Assembly: GCA_037441845.1 (NCBI GenBank)
Contig: JBBIRK010000001.1
Coordinates: forward strand, 588,472-652,471
Length of the DNA stretch: 64,000 nt
Direction of reading: 5' to 3'
Source: Candidatus Zixiibacteriota bacterium
Lineage (GTDB): Bacteria; Zixibacteria; MSB-5A5; UBA10806; 4484-95
Under the pieces are notes generated by a model. The model did not search any database. It was not told the origin of the DNA and saw only the letters and a program-made list of their open reading frames with translations. This document shows, in pieces, positions 49,878 to 59,945 of this stretch (its first letter is position 1; each line of letters starts with the position of its first letter). Both the position numbers and the translations under genes were made by a program.

Positions 49878-50687
49878 TTACCCCAACCCCACATCGAGCA
49901 TCATCATAACCGCGAATCCGAGCATGGCCCCCATGGTAGCGGCATCGGAGTGTCCCCCCGTTTGCGCCTCCGGCACTACTTCTTCGACCACCACGAATAT
50001 CATCGCCCCGGCCGCGAAAGCAAGCGCATAAGGAAGTATAGGCCGGGCGATAAGTACCAAGCCGGCGCCGATAACACCTGCCACCGGCTCCACTATCGCT
50101 GACAACTGTCCAAAAAAGAAACTCTTGCCTCTCGATAAGCCTTCTCTCCGAAGCGGCATCGAGACCGCCATCCCCTCCGGGAAATTTTGAATCCCTATGC
50201 CGAGCGCAAGGGCGATCGCACCGGCAAGGCTCGCCGACGGCAGATCCGCGGCCACTGCGCCGAAAGCCACACCTACGGCCAGTCCCTCGGGTATATTGTG
50301 CATGGTTATCGCCAATATGAGCAAGGTGGTTTTCCGCCAAGTGGTCTTGATCCCTTCGGCGCCTGAAATCGGCAGACCGAGATGCAAATGAGGCAGAAGC
50401 CGGTCCAAAATCCTCAGAAAAATTCCGCCCGATAGAAAGCCGATCACCGCCGGTATCCAGGCCGGATACGAAAAACTTTCGGACATTTCTATGGCGGGTG
50501 CCAGAAGCGACCAGTAACTGGCGGCTATCATGACGCCGGCGGCGAAACCGAGCATACCATCGAGCGTACGACGACTGAAATCACGGGCCAAAAACACGGC
50601 GGCGGCCCCGGAAGCGGTCATAAACCAGGTGAAACAGGTGGCCAGCAACGCCTGAATAACCGGATGCAAATCGCCGAAAGCTTGCAA
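49878..50687 (-). CDS. ZIP family (ZupT/GufA) metal transporter
   Basis: HNIPEGLAVG, QNFPEG, HLH loop; TTG start behind AGGAG. Confidence 0.95.
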   Translation of the reverse strand: MQAFGDLHPVIQALLATCFTWFMTASGAAAVFLARDFSRRTLDGMLGFAAGVMIAASYWSLLAPAIEMSESFSYPAWIPAVIGFLSGGIFLRILDRLLPHLHLGLPISGAEGIKTTWRKTTLLILAITMHNIPEGLAVGVAFGAVAADLPSASLAGAIALALGIGIQNFPEGMAVSMPLRREGLSRGKSFFFGQLSAIVEPVAGVIGAGLVLIARPILPYALAFAAGAMIFVVVEEVVPEAQTGGHSDAATMGAMLGFAVMMMLDVGLG

Positions 50688-50787
50688 AAGCCGCTCCTTG
50701 CCTTAACTGGTGAATCTAAATTACAATATCGACAGGTACCTGGCAAGCATTGATCGCTGTGCCCTAATCAGTCTGAACCGGCGAAAT

Positions 50788-50813
50788 AAAAAAGGGCGCT
50801 TTCTACGCCCTTT
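50788..50813 (-). terminator. Intrinsic terminator after VOC gene
   Basis: AAAGGGCG...CGCCCTTT hairpin with U-run on the minus strand. Confidence 0.65.
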
Positions 50814-50862
50814 CCGCCCGTGATAAAAGCTGAAAATCGGCATCGTCGTTCAGTTCATGAGA

Positions 50863-51216
50863 TTACTTTTTCGCCCATAAGCCAATTTGATTGTTGTCCG
50901 GGTCCTGAAATAGGGCAAAGAAACCATGTTCGGGGCTTATCATCGTTTTCCCCATTACTTTCCTGCCGCCCGAACTTTCCACTTTCCGGAGTGTTGCTTC
51001 GATATCATCGACCTCGATATAGGGAAGGAATCCGGGTTTTACCGAGGCCTCGGCGCTTTTGGAAAATCCGCCGCCGACGCCATTGGGAGGCGTGAACAGC
51101 ATGTAATCCATCCCCTGCATTTCCTCGAACTTCCAGCCGAAAATTCCGCCGTAAAAACTTCTCGCCCGGGCGAAATCTTTGGCGGGGATTTCAAAATGAC
51201 AGAATCCGTGCATCAT
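50863..51216 (-). CDS. VOC/glyoxalase family protein
   Basis: HFEIPA, FYGGIFGW, YIEVDDI, FQDPDNN. Confidence 0.92.
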   Translation of the reverse strand: MMHGFCHFEIPAKDFARARSFYGGIFGWKFEEMQGMDYMLFTPPNGVGGGFSKSAEASVKPGFLPYIEVDDIEATLRKVESSGGRKVMGKTMISPEHGFFALFQDPDNNQIGLWAKK

Positions 51217-51497
51217 TACTCCTTTGTTGTTTGTTGATCATGTGGTACGGGTGATATCGTTATTTATCTTTTCACGATTGTTGCCCGCTGTTCGGTATCA
51301 ACGAATTAAAGCGATCCCCGCTGCTTGTGGTTCCGGAATTTATGGCAGTGAACGGTATTTATGCGAATAATAATGACGGGCTCGGTAAACGGCTTTCGGG
51401 GCAAGCTGCGATTCGGATCAACAATAATAGTTGACGAATTCGATTTTGTCGTTATTTTTGGTTAAGATTTGAAGGATCCATCAAAGGAGTCTGTATC

Positions 51498-53681
51498 ATG
51501 AAATCGATCATAGTTTGTATGGTGTTGATCGTTTTGATTTGTCCGGTGGTAATCGCCCAAACCGAAGTGGACCCGGAATGGGTTTATCGCTGGTATTGGA
51601 GTACGACGGAGACGGAATGGGGAGACGCCATAACCTGCGATCCCCTGGGGAATATCTATGTCGCCGGACGCACCGACACGTCGGTCAACTACACCGATTG
51701 GGTGACTCTTCGCCTGAGCCCGCAGGGCGATTCGATGTGGCTGCGGATATACGACAGCCCGAGCGACGGTATCGATGAACCCAAATACATCTTGGCGACC
51801 GATTCGGGTTATATCTATGTCGCAGGCGAGGTCGGCCGTAGTTCGCTGACCTGGCGGACCGACGTCTGTGTGATTAAATACGATTCCTCGGGCAATTTAA
51901 TTTGGAGCTATCAATATAACAGCCCGGCAAGCCAGGACGACCGCCTCGACGGTTTCGGCATGGACAAGCTGGGGAATTTATTCGCCTGCGGCTATTCCAA
52001 AATTTCGACCTCGCCCGACCGAGAGGACCTGTTGTTAATCAAATTGCTGCCCTCAGGGGATACCGCCTGGGTAAGGCACTTCTTGTCCGGTAATCAGACT
52101 TTCGACCGGTTGTATGGCGTTGCTTTCGACGACAGCAATTATATTTACGCCACCGGCGGCCGCTGGAACGGTGCCAATTACGACCTGTATCTCATGAAAC
52201 TGTCCCAGAACGGCGATACGGTCTGGACCAGAACCTACAACGGCGCAGGCGATTCGACCGAGGTGCCGGTCGGAGTCGGTATATGCGATTCGGGATATAT
52301 TTATGTCGGCGGTTATACCTACAATCCCACTATAGATTTCCTGGTGGTGAAATACGATGCGGCAGGCAACCTGATCTGGGACGAAAGTTTCGACGGCAAC
52401 GGCAACAATTCGGACAACCCGCGAAGCATGACTGTCGATCGATTCGGCAATGTCTATTTGTTCGGCGAGACCACCGACGGCGGCCAACGCGATTTGCTGA
52501 CGGTGAAATTCACCAACGCGGGAATCGTCGATTGGGATTTTCAATACGGGGACCCTGTCGATGATGAGATCGCTTTCAACAGTAAGACGACGATCAAAGT
52601 GGACGACTTGGGGCGTGTATTTTTCGGCGGCGCTTCGTATCACGTATCGCCCTTGTTGACGATCACCCGGACCCTGATGTTTTGTCTTGACCCCTCCGGA
52701 TCGATAATTTGGTACGGCGATTATATCGGACCGGGTAATGATTTCAGCCAGATCAAATCGGTGGCGATCGACGGCAATTCCAATTGCTATGTCACCGGCT
52801 ACAGCGATGGCATCTATGCCAACTGGGACTTGTTCGTGTTGAAATACCCGCCCATGGTCTTGGCGCCGGGGAACCTGGCCGGCCGTGTTTATGTCGGCTG
52901 GCCTCCTCTGCCGTTTTCGGGGGAAAGAATTATCGTCGCCGGCGCCGATACCGACACGACCTACAGCGGTATCGATGGTTCCTATTTTATCGGGCCGTTG
53001 ACATCGGGTCTTTACAACGTCACTTTCTCGGATACCGGCCATGGTGATACTATCGTAAGCGACGTTCATATCACTCCCGGCGATACCACTATTCTCGATA
53101 TGTATCTTTTCGGTCCGCAGCCGGGGTATTTGGCAGGGCACGTGTTTGAGGGCGTGCCTCCCATGCCGATTCACGGGGAAAGAATAATCGCCGCCGGAGC
53201 CGACACCGATACGACCTTAAGCGGTATCGACGGTTATTATCTTTTGGGTCCGCTAACACCGGGCGAATACAACGTGACTTTTTCCGACACCGACAACGGC
53301 GATTCGACGGTGAGCGAGGTGCAGATTGTCGGCGGCGACACCACGATCCTTAATATGTATTGGAACCTGTCCTCCTGTGATTATGTGCAGGGCGATATAA
53401 ACGGCGACGGCAACCGGATAGGCGGCGATGTCACCTACGGCGTGCGCTATTTCAAGGGGCTGGGAACACCTCCTCCGGACAGCTGTTATCTTGATTCTAC
53501 GTCGGCCTATTTATATGTCGCCGGAGATGTGAACGGCAATTGCGAATTTCGGGGGTCGGATATCACCCGGCTGGTGGCCTATTTCAAGGGGGCGGCAGAG
53601 CTGAGTTATTGCCATTTTTTCCCCCCGCCCGGGCCGAGACAGGGACTACAAGAACCCGGACTTCTGGATATGGCAGAATAG
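51498..53681 (+). CDS. Secreted SBBP-type beta-propeller protein with two carboxypeptidase-regulatory-like domains and C-terminal dockerin-like module
   Basis: D..GNIYVAG...KYDSSGNLIW repeats; tandem 85-aa repeat; CDYVQGDINGDG tail. Confidence 0.87.
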   Translation: MKSIIVCMVLIVLICPVVIAQTEVDPEWVYRWYWSTTETEWGDAITCDPLGNIYVAGRTDTSVNYTDWVTLRLSPQGDSMWLRIYDSPSDGIDEPKYILATDSGYIYVAGEVGRSSLTWRTDVCVIKYDSSGNLIWSYQYNSPASQDDRLDGFGMDKLGNLFACGYSKISTSPDREDLLLIKLLPSGDTAWVRHFLSGNQTFDRLYGVAFDDSNYIYATGGRWNGANYDLYLMKLSQNGDTVWTRTYNGAGDSTEVPVGVGICDSGYIYVGGYTYNPTIDFLVVKYDAAGNLIWDESFDGNGNNSDNPRSMTVDRFGNVYLFGETTDGGQRDLLTVKFTNAGIVDWDFQYGDPVDDEIAFNSKTTIKVDDLGRVFFGGASYHVSPLLTITRTLMFCLDPSGSIIWYGDYIGPGNDFSQIKSVAIDGNSNCYVTGYSDGIYANWDLFVLKYPPMVLAPGNLAGRVYVGWPPLPFSGERIIVAGADTDTTYSGIDGSYFIGPLTSGLYNVTFSDTGHGDTIVSDVHITPGDTTILDMYLFGPQPGYLAGHVFEGVPPMPIHGERIIAAGADTDTTLSGIDGYYLLGPLTPGEYNVTFSDTDNGDSTVSEVQIVGGDTTILNMYWNLSSCDYVQGDINGDGNRIGGDVTYGVRYFKGLGTPPPDSCYLDSTSAYLYVAGDVNGNCEFRGSDITRLVAYFKGAAELSYCHFFPPPGPRQGLQEPGLLDMAE
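52866..53370 (+). repeat. Intragenic tandem duplication, 255-nt unit
   Basis: PGNLAGRV...GERIIVAGADTDTT at 52866 and PGYLAGHV...GERIIAAGADTDTT at 53121, also similar at DNA level. Confidence 0.85.
53376..53630 (+). repeat. Cys-containing dockerin-like module, copy D
   Basis: CDYVQGDINGDGNRIGGDVTYGVRYFKG...GDVNGNCEFRGSDITRLVAYFKG...CHFFPPP. Confidence 0.85.
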
Positions 53682-53801
53682 AAGGGAGTCTTCGCCTAGC
53701 ACGGGTATTCTCATCCGCAGGCAGTTAATTTTACGCCTGATTCTTCATAAATTCCATTGTGTCCCCATTATTAGCATGTTTCAGTTTCTTCAAAAAAAGA
53801 C

Positions 53802-53832
53802 TTGACAATCCATTAAAGGGGGGGGGTAAATT
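53802..53832 (+). promoter_or_regulatory. Sigma70-like promoter with G9 tract in the spacer
   Basis: TTGACA (53802-53807), ATCCATTAAA, G9 (53818-53826), TAAATT; 19-nt spacer. Confidence 0.55.
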
Positions 53833-54033
53833 GCCAGTGTTTTAAGTGGCCCCTTATCTGGCGGTTTATGTGCAATTATCGATTATTGATAATTTAACTA
53901 TGAATTATGATTTAGGTGGTTCGTTTTTAATCAAGAGATAAATTGCGGATCAGATATTATAGAGAAAAGTCATTTATCGGTTTATTATGGGAATCTGAAC
54001 ACTGTAAAAAAGGATTGGAAAAGGAGAGCGGTT

Positions 54034-56375
54034 ATGAGAAGCATGATGGGAATTGCGGCAGTGGCCGTCATAATGATGACAGCGGCAGCCATTGGGCAAG
54101 ATAGTTTGTTTGCACCGCCGGTGAACTATGCCGGTGGAAGTACCACTACTGTTATTCGGGCGGCAGATTTAGATGGCGATGATGCTTTGGATTTAGCCAT
54201 AGCTAATATTAGTTATGATAGCGTTACGATTGTAAAAAATAACGGCGATGGCACCTTTCAAGCGCCTGTTCAGTATTCAGCGGGGGATCAACCACGAGGT
54301 TTATTTATTGCTGATCTTGATGGCGATTTAGATAACGATCTGGCAGTTGGGAATAGGATGAACAATAATGTTTCCATATTTAGAAACAATGGTTCAGATA
54401 ATGTATATATTTTTGAGAATTATGGTGACGGGTATTTTCGTTCGCCCATGTCAATGATAACCGGCGATGGTCCATATTACCTTGCTGTGGCGGATCTTAA
54501 CGGTGACGATTTCGTTGATGTGGTTACTGGGGATTATCTGGCCGATAGCATTTCAGTTTTTATAAATATAGAGCTGATTATTTCTACCCAAGAGCTGCTT
54601 ACGTTGCAGGTCCCGGGGCGTCCTCAATAGAAACATCAGATTTTGATCGTGATGGAGATGTAGACCTGAGCGTTTCTCTATGGGATACAACGCTTGTTGC
54701 CATTTTCCGGAATGACGGAAATGGAATGTTTTCATCGGCCGAATTTTTTGGAGTCGGTGGAGTAGCGAGCTGGGAAGCATGCGCTGACTATAATGGCGAT
54801 TATTACGATGATCTGGCCATTTGTAATGCTTATTCAACTTTCTCGATATTGCTTAACAGAACGGTCGATCCATTTCATTTACTTTTTCCATCCAATCAAG
54901 ACATTATTAATCAAGTTTCGCCGACACTTCACTGGAGCGAAAGTCGAGGTTCCAGTCCCGGTTTCGAAGTATTGTACGATTTATTTTGGAATGATTCGCT
55001 AAACTTCGTCAGCCCTGAGTCCATAGTCGGTTTAGCGGATACTTCATATGTATTGACAGCCGCATTGGAACGTTCCCAAAGTTATTATTAGCGAGTCCAG
55101 GCTTATGATTTGGATCACGATCCTCCCCATTTCAGCGAAGAAACCTGGTCATTCTATATAAACGGTTATCCAACGTCCCCATCAATTATCGCTCCTGCTA
55201 ACGGCGCGTTCATAGATAGCCTCACATATCTTACCTGGCTTTCTGGCACAGATCCCGATAGCTTCGATGCTGTCAGCTATCAAATACAAGTCGACGGCGA
55301 TTCCGCTTTTACCTCTCCCGAGGTAAACGACACGGTAACCGCGGCATTACTGCTTGATAATTCTGTTTCAATCAGAATTCAGCAATTGAACGGATATCAA
55401 GCCTTAACAAGTGACCAGAATTATTTTTGGCGGGTGCGATCATTGGACAATTACGGCCTTGTTTCGGCATGGCCGGATAGTTTGAACTGGTTTGTCTATC
55501 AGCATCAGAACCATGCCCCCGATCCACCTGTATCCGGTTTTTCGCCGGCCGATTTCGGGGAGGTCGTTTCTCTTAATCCGACAATTACTTGGAACAACGC
55601 CAGCGACCCCGATCCGGATGACCATCCTGGCACATTACGTTACATATTCCACCTCTTTTCGGATACTTCCACCGGCTGCGGATTCGAATATTGGGATACT
55701 ACAGACGCGGGAGTAAATCAAGTGATCGTGACTGATACGATGCCTGATAATTGCCTGTGGATATATGTTATTTGGACGCTTGATGACGGGGGTCTTATAT
55801 CGAGTGGTTCATCGTTACAGTGGTTCTGGACCAATCATTACAACTATCCGCCAGAACCGTTTCCGTTGTACCTTCCGGCAGAAGGCGAACGAGTGGTGGC
55901 TTTCAACACTTATTTTTCATGGGGCCATACCATCGATTATGATCCTTCTGCATCATTTACCTTTACATTCCAAATTTCCTCCGATAGCCTTTTTGGTGAC
56001 CCGGGGCGCACGATTGAAGAATTAGGCGACACTACCTTAATGATTCCTGCTGACAGCCTGGCAATTCTCGGATCCAGTCTTTACTGGCGAGTCCTCGCAG
56101 TTGACGATGATAGTCTTGTAAGAATAGGGGGAATCCCCGAAGAAGAAAGATGGCTGAGAATAGTCCTTCCAGGTGATGCAAATGGCGATGGTAATGTTCT
56201 GGGTGGAGATGTTACATTCTTGGTGCGCTATTTCAAAGGTCTGGGGCCTGCCCCAAATCCGATTCTAGCTGGTGATGCAAATGGGGATTGTCAGGTGCTT
56301 GGTGGTGATGTCACATATCTGGTTCGCTATTTCAAAGGATTGGGCTCTATGCCGTCGAGGGGCAACTGTCGATAA
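54034..56375 (+). pseudogene. Disrupted FG-GAP/VCBS repeat + FN3-like + dockerin-like secreted protein
   Basis: DLDGD/DLNGD/DFDRDGD repeats continue across a frameshift near 54570. In-frame TAG at 55089-55091 in YY*RV where YFWRV/LYWRV occurs later in the protein. Symmetric GDANGD tail. Confidence 0.8.
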
Positions 56376-56412
56376 TAGTGTTCTGATCGGATGGTATCAA
56401 ATCATATAAATA

Positions 56413-56450
56413 CCGGCGCCAGGTTGAATGACTTGGCGCCGGCTTTTATT
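56413..56450 (+). terminator. Intrinsic terminator
   Basis: CCGGCGCCAGG...CTTGGCGCCGG followed by CTTTTATT. Confidence 0.7.
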
Positions 56451-56899
56451 ACAATAATTCGACGGCTTCTTTTGATTGTTGTGCCTCCCAAAATATAATT
56501 TAAAATCTCATAACAATGTTGATACCCCACAATAATCTGGCTATATTTATCTAAAATCAAATAAAGGGCAGGTCACTGCTCGATTAGGATATTAAATAAC
56601 TTGCAAGTCTTGCCGTTTGGCATCTGCGTCGACGGGATATAGATCTTTTTCTAGGTAAACATGGCAAATTTTGATCTCCAAAGAACCCGAAAATCTCCAT
56701 TGAGAGGAATTGATAATAAGAAGTATTCCAGAATTGTTGATCGCCGTGCTGGCTATGGCGGCGGGATGTTTCGCGCAGGAAGTTGTCGATCAATCACAGA
56801 CGTCAGTCTATTGGGCGTTCGGTTTCAAACGGGATGTGCCGCGCTGGCAGGGTTTTTTCCGACTTTGAATAATTTAAGTTCTATCAGAATCTAAATCGC

Positions 56900-57508
56900 A
56901 AAACACGGTTCGGCGCGGGATCTGGTGGCGCAGATTCGAACTCCCCAGGATTCGATTATTGGGGAAGAAATTGTATCCGGTTGCAGGATCCCCCCGGACA
57001 ATCGTGGCTGAGAATAGATTTTTCGCCTAAGCTAAATCTGATTCCGTCGCTATCATACCGCATTTATATTCTGACGATTGCGCTGTCGCCCAATCCAAAA
57101 AACAAGTATTTGGGGATGGGTTATACTGCCTCGATCTACCCGGGAAAAACCAGTGTCTATGATGACTGGGCAACGTTTGACCTCGCTTTCGTTACTTTTG
57201 GTTATCCTGTTAATGATATCGGGCAGGATAATAAACCGATATCGGAGAAATAGCAATTGCACCGGAATTGCCCAAATCCATTCAATCAAAGACTGTGATT
57301 TCGTATTCCATTCCGGAGAATGGATGGGTTTCTACAGCCATCTATGACGTCACGGGTTCCAGAGAGGAAACGATTTTTAAGGGAATTAAAGCCGCCGGGA
57401 TTCAACAAACGATTTGGGATGTTCATGATCGAGCTTCGGGAATATGTTTTTGCAAATTTTGTAACGGCCGATTATGCGGAAATAAAGCGGATAATGCTGG
57501 TGAAGTGA
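56900..57508 (+). pseudogene. Degraded secreted protein with T9SS CTD (5' boundary uncertain)
   Basis: Fragments across frames: ...PISEK*QLHRNCPNPFN / TVISYSIP..AIYDVTG..IWD..ASG / KRIMLVK. Confidence 0.7.
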
Positions 57509-57742
57509 TTCCCCTGAAACACCCCCCCATACTGCTTATTCCGGTTGACAAATTCAGGTATGTTGTCGGAGGGCAGATAGTTTTCTATATTTTGATGTTC
57601 GGCCGGACTTGGTGACTCATTGTGTATACAGGAAAAAGGAAACAAGTATTCCAATCCGTAATCGATACAATTGCATATTGCAGCCCTTTTTGCTATAATC
57701 ACCGCAAAGTGTCTTACCGGCCTTTAGGTGAAAGGAGCCGTA

Positions 57743-59239
57743 ATGACCACAATACTGCTGCCGCTGTTGGCGCTATTAATTATAAGTCTCTTTATCCAGA
57801 GCCAGGCGCTGTTCGGTCTGCTTATCCTGGGAGCCGTGATTTATATCTACGCGATCAACAATCCGCTGAATCACCAGCGGGCTTATCGCTTGAGAAATTT
57901 CTGGAACTGGTTTCCCATGGGCTTGACCTACGCTTTCCTTTATATGGCGCGCTACAACCTGACCGTGTCCAAAAACGCGCTCGGCGATCTGATGACCAAA
58001 GAGGATTTCGGTCTCATTTTCGGCGCCGGAACCATCACCTACGCCTTCTCTTTTTTGATCAATGGCCCGCTGGTGGATAAAATAGGCGGCAAGCGCGGCA
58101 TAATTATCAGCGCGGTCGGCGCGGCCGCCGCCAATATCGCTATGGGAATCGTAACCTACCTACTGCTGAACGGGCGGCTTGCCGGCAATGTCGCTCTGAT
58201 TTACGCGATAATATATTCGCTAAACATGTATTTTCAGAGCTACGGCGCGGTATCCATCGTTAAAGTCAATTCGCATTGGTTCCACGTGAAAGAGCGCGGC
58301 GTTTTCGCCGGCATTTTCGGTTCATTGATAGCGCTCGGGCTGTTTTTCGCATTCGACTGGGGCCAGGCGATAGTCCGAGCGACCGCGAAAGTCGCGCCCC
58401 CCGATCTAGGCCCTATCGAGGGGGCGATTCGATCGATCGTGATGCCCGCGGGCGCGGCGGTCGATTATACCTGGTTCGTATTTTTTATCCCGGCGCTGTT
58501 GCTCTTATCCTTCGCTCTGCTTGAGCTGTTCCTGCTTAAGGATTCGCCCAGCCAAGTGGGGTTCGCCGATTTCGACACCGAGGACGCAAGTTCGGGAGAA
58601 ATGGATAAGCAATTCAGCGTGTTGCAGATTTTCGGGAAAATCCTCACCAATCCGATCATTCTGACGATTGCCGGAATCGAATTTTGTTCAGGGGTTGTGC
58701 GCAACGGCATAATGCACTGGTATTTCATTTTCGCCAAGGAGATAGGCGAACCCGGCGCGACTTTATTTTTCAAGGCCAATTGGGGAAAGCTGCTCTGTAT
58801 CGCGGGAATCTACGGCGGCTTTTTGGCGGGCACTCTTTCGGATAAGTTGTTCCAGTCCCGGCGGGGGCCGTCGGCGGCGTTCATGTACACCGGCATGTTC
58901 GTAAGCGTGGTGGTGATGGCGATATTTCTCTGGAGTTCGCCCTTGATTCTCGGCCTGTCGGCGGTGATCATATCGTTGTTCGTCATCGGCGTTCACGGCA
59001 TTCTATCGGGCACGGCCACTATGGATTTCGGGGGACGCAAAGGAGCCGCCACCGCGGTCGGTCTTATCGACGGTTTCGTTTATCTGGGCACCGGATTCCA
59101 ATCGATCTGCCTGGGCTATATCACCACCCGCAATTGGAGCTGGTGGCCGATTTTTCTGATTCCGTTCACGTTGATCGGCATCTTTCTGGCCACTCGGATA
59201 TGGAAAGCCATGCCCCAGGCTAAACGAAAAGGGGCCTGA
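57743..59239 (+). CDS. MFS transporter, organophosphate:Pi antiporter (GlpT/UhpC-like)
   Basis: YAFLYMARYN, GPLVDKIGGKR, WFHVKERG, GTLSDK...RR, GLIDGFVYLG. Confidence 0.85.
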   Translation: MTTILLPLLALLIISLFIQSQALFGLLILGAVIYIYAINNPLNHQRAYRLRNFWNWFPMGLTYAFLYMARYNLTVSKNALGDLMTKEDFGLIFGAGTITYAFSFLINGPLVDKIGGKRGIIISAVGAAAANIAMGIVTYLLLNGRLAGNVALIYAIIYSLNMYFQSYGAVSIVKVNSHWFHVKERGVFAGIFGSLIALGLFFAFDWGQAIVRATAKVAPPDLGPIEGAIRSIVMPAGAAVDYTWFVFFIPALLLLSFALLELFLLKDSPSQVGFADFDTEDASSGEMDKQFSVLQIFGKILTNPIILTIAGIEFCSGVVRNGIMHWYFIFAKEIGEPGATLFFKANWGKLLCIAGIYGGFLAGTLSDKLFQSRRGPSAAFMYTGMFVSVVVMAIFLWSSPLILGLSAVIISLFVIGVHGILSGTATMDFGGRKGAATAVGLIDGFVYLGTGFQSICLGYITTRNWSWWPIFLIPFTLIGIFLATRIWKAMPQAKRKGA

Positions 59240-59312
59240 ACGGACTGCCGAATCGAATTTGAAAGTTCGAGGAAAAATTTTCGAAAATTTCCATTTGCGT
59301 TAAGGAGAAAAG

Positions 59313-59780
59313 ATGAAAGGACACGATCGGGTTATCGAGACGTTGAACAGTTTGTTGGCCGATGAACTCACCGCCATAAATCAATACATGGTGCACTCGG
59401 AAATGTGCGCCAACTGGAATTACGGGAAACTTCATGAAAAAATCGAAAAAAGAGCCATCGACGAGATGAAACACGCCGAAAAGTTGATCGCCCGGATATT
59501 ATATCTCGAGGGCAAACCGGTGGTGAGCGTCCTGCGGGAGATGCATATCGGTCAGGATGTGGAAACTCAACTTAACAACGACCTCCACGATGAATACGGG
59601 GCGATAAAAGCATACAACGCCGCGGTCGCCTTGGCGGTGCAACATGCCGACAACGGCACGCGCGAACTGCTCGAATCGATTTTGAAAGACGAGGAAGAGC
59701 ACGCCGATTGGCTGGAAGCCCAACTGGATCAGATCAAGCAAATGGGAATCCAAAACTACTTGGCACAGCAGGCGGATTAA
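59313..59780 (+). CDS. bfr: Bacterioferritin
   Basis: MKG, ELTAINQY, IDEMKHA (heme Met), DEEEHADWLE. Confidence 0.96.
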   Translation: MKGHDRVIETLNSLLADELTAINQYMVHSEMCANWNYGKLHEKIEKRAIDEMKHAEKLIARILYLEGKPVVSVLREMHIGQDVETQLNNDLHDEYGAIKAYNAAVALAVQHADNGTRELLESILKDEEEHADWLEAQLDQIKQMGIQNYLAQQAD

Positions 59781-59945
59781 GAGAAGGAATTAGTCTATAT
59801 CTCGGTTCGGCGGCAAGCCGGCGACGATTCTGCAATATTCCGAGTTTTCACAGGTAATCAAACATGTATGCAGGTCCGGGACCTCTTTGCCGTTAAATCG
59901 TTCTCATAATATCGCCGATCGACAACCGCAGCCGAAGCGAATGAA

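Noticed and set aside
11604..53630. Dockerin-like repeats as a DGR template/variable repeat set, MITE or CRISPR array
   Set aside because: All are in-frame coding. Differences are mostly synonymous rather than adenine-specific, and there is no reverse transcriptase, terminal repeats or spacer pattern.
55089..55091. TAG readthrough or alternative genetic code
   Set aside because: TAG ends normal genes here (e.g. mnmE, mnmG), and the same gene has other lesions, so a TGG-to-TAG nonsense change is simpler.
56922..56942. tRNA-like fragment TGGTGGCGCAGATTCGAAC
   Set aside because: Spacing is too short for acceptor plus T stems and there is no cloverleaf; it lies in pseudogene sequence.
58278..58293. 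Third parS-like site GGTTCCACGTGAAAGA
   Set aside because: The palindrome is broken and it encodes the conserved WFHVKE MFS motif.
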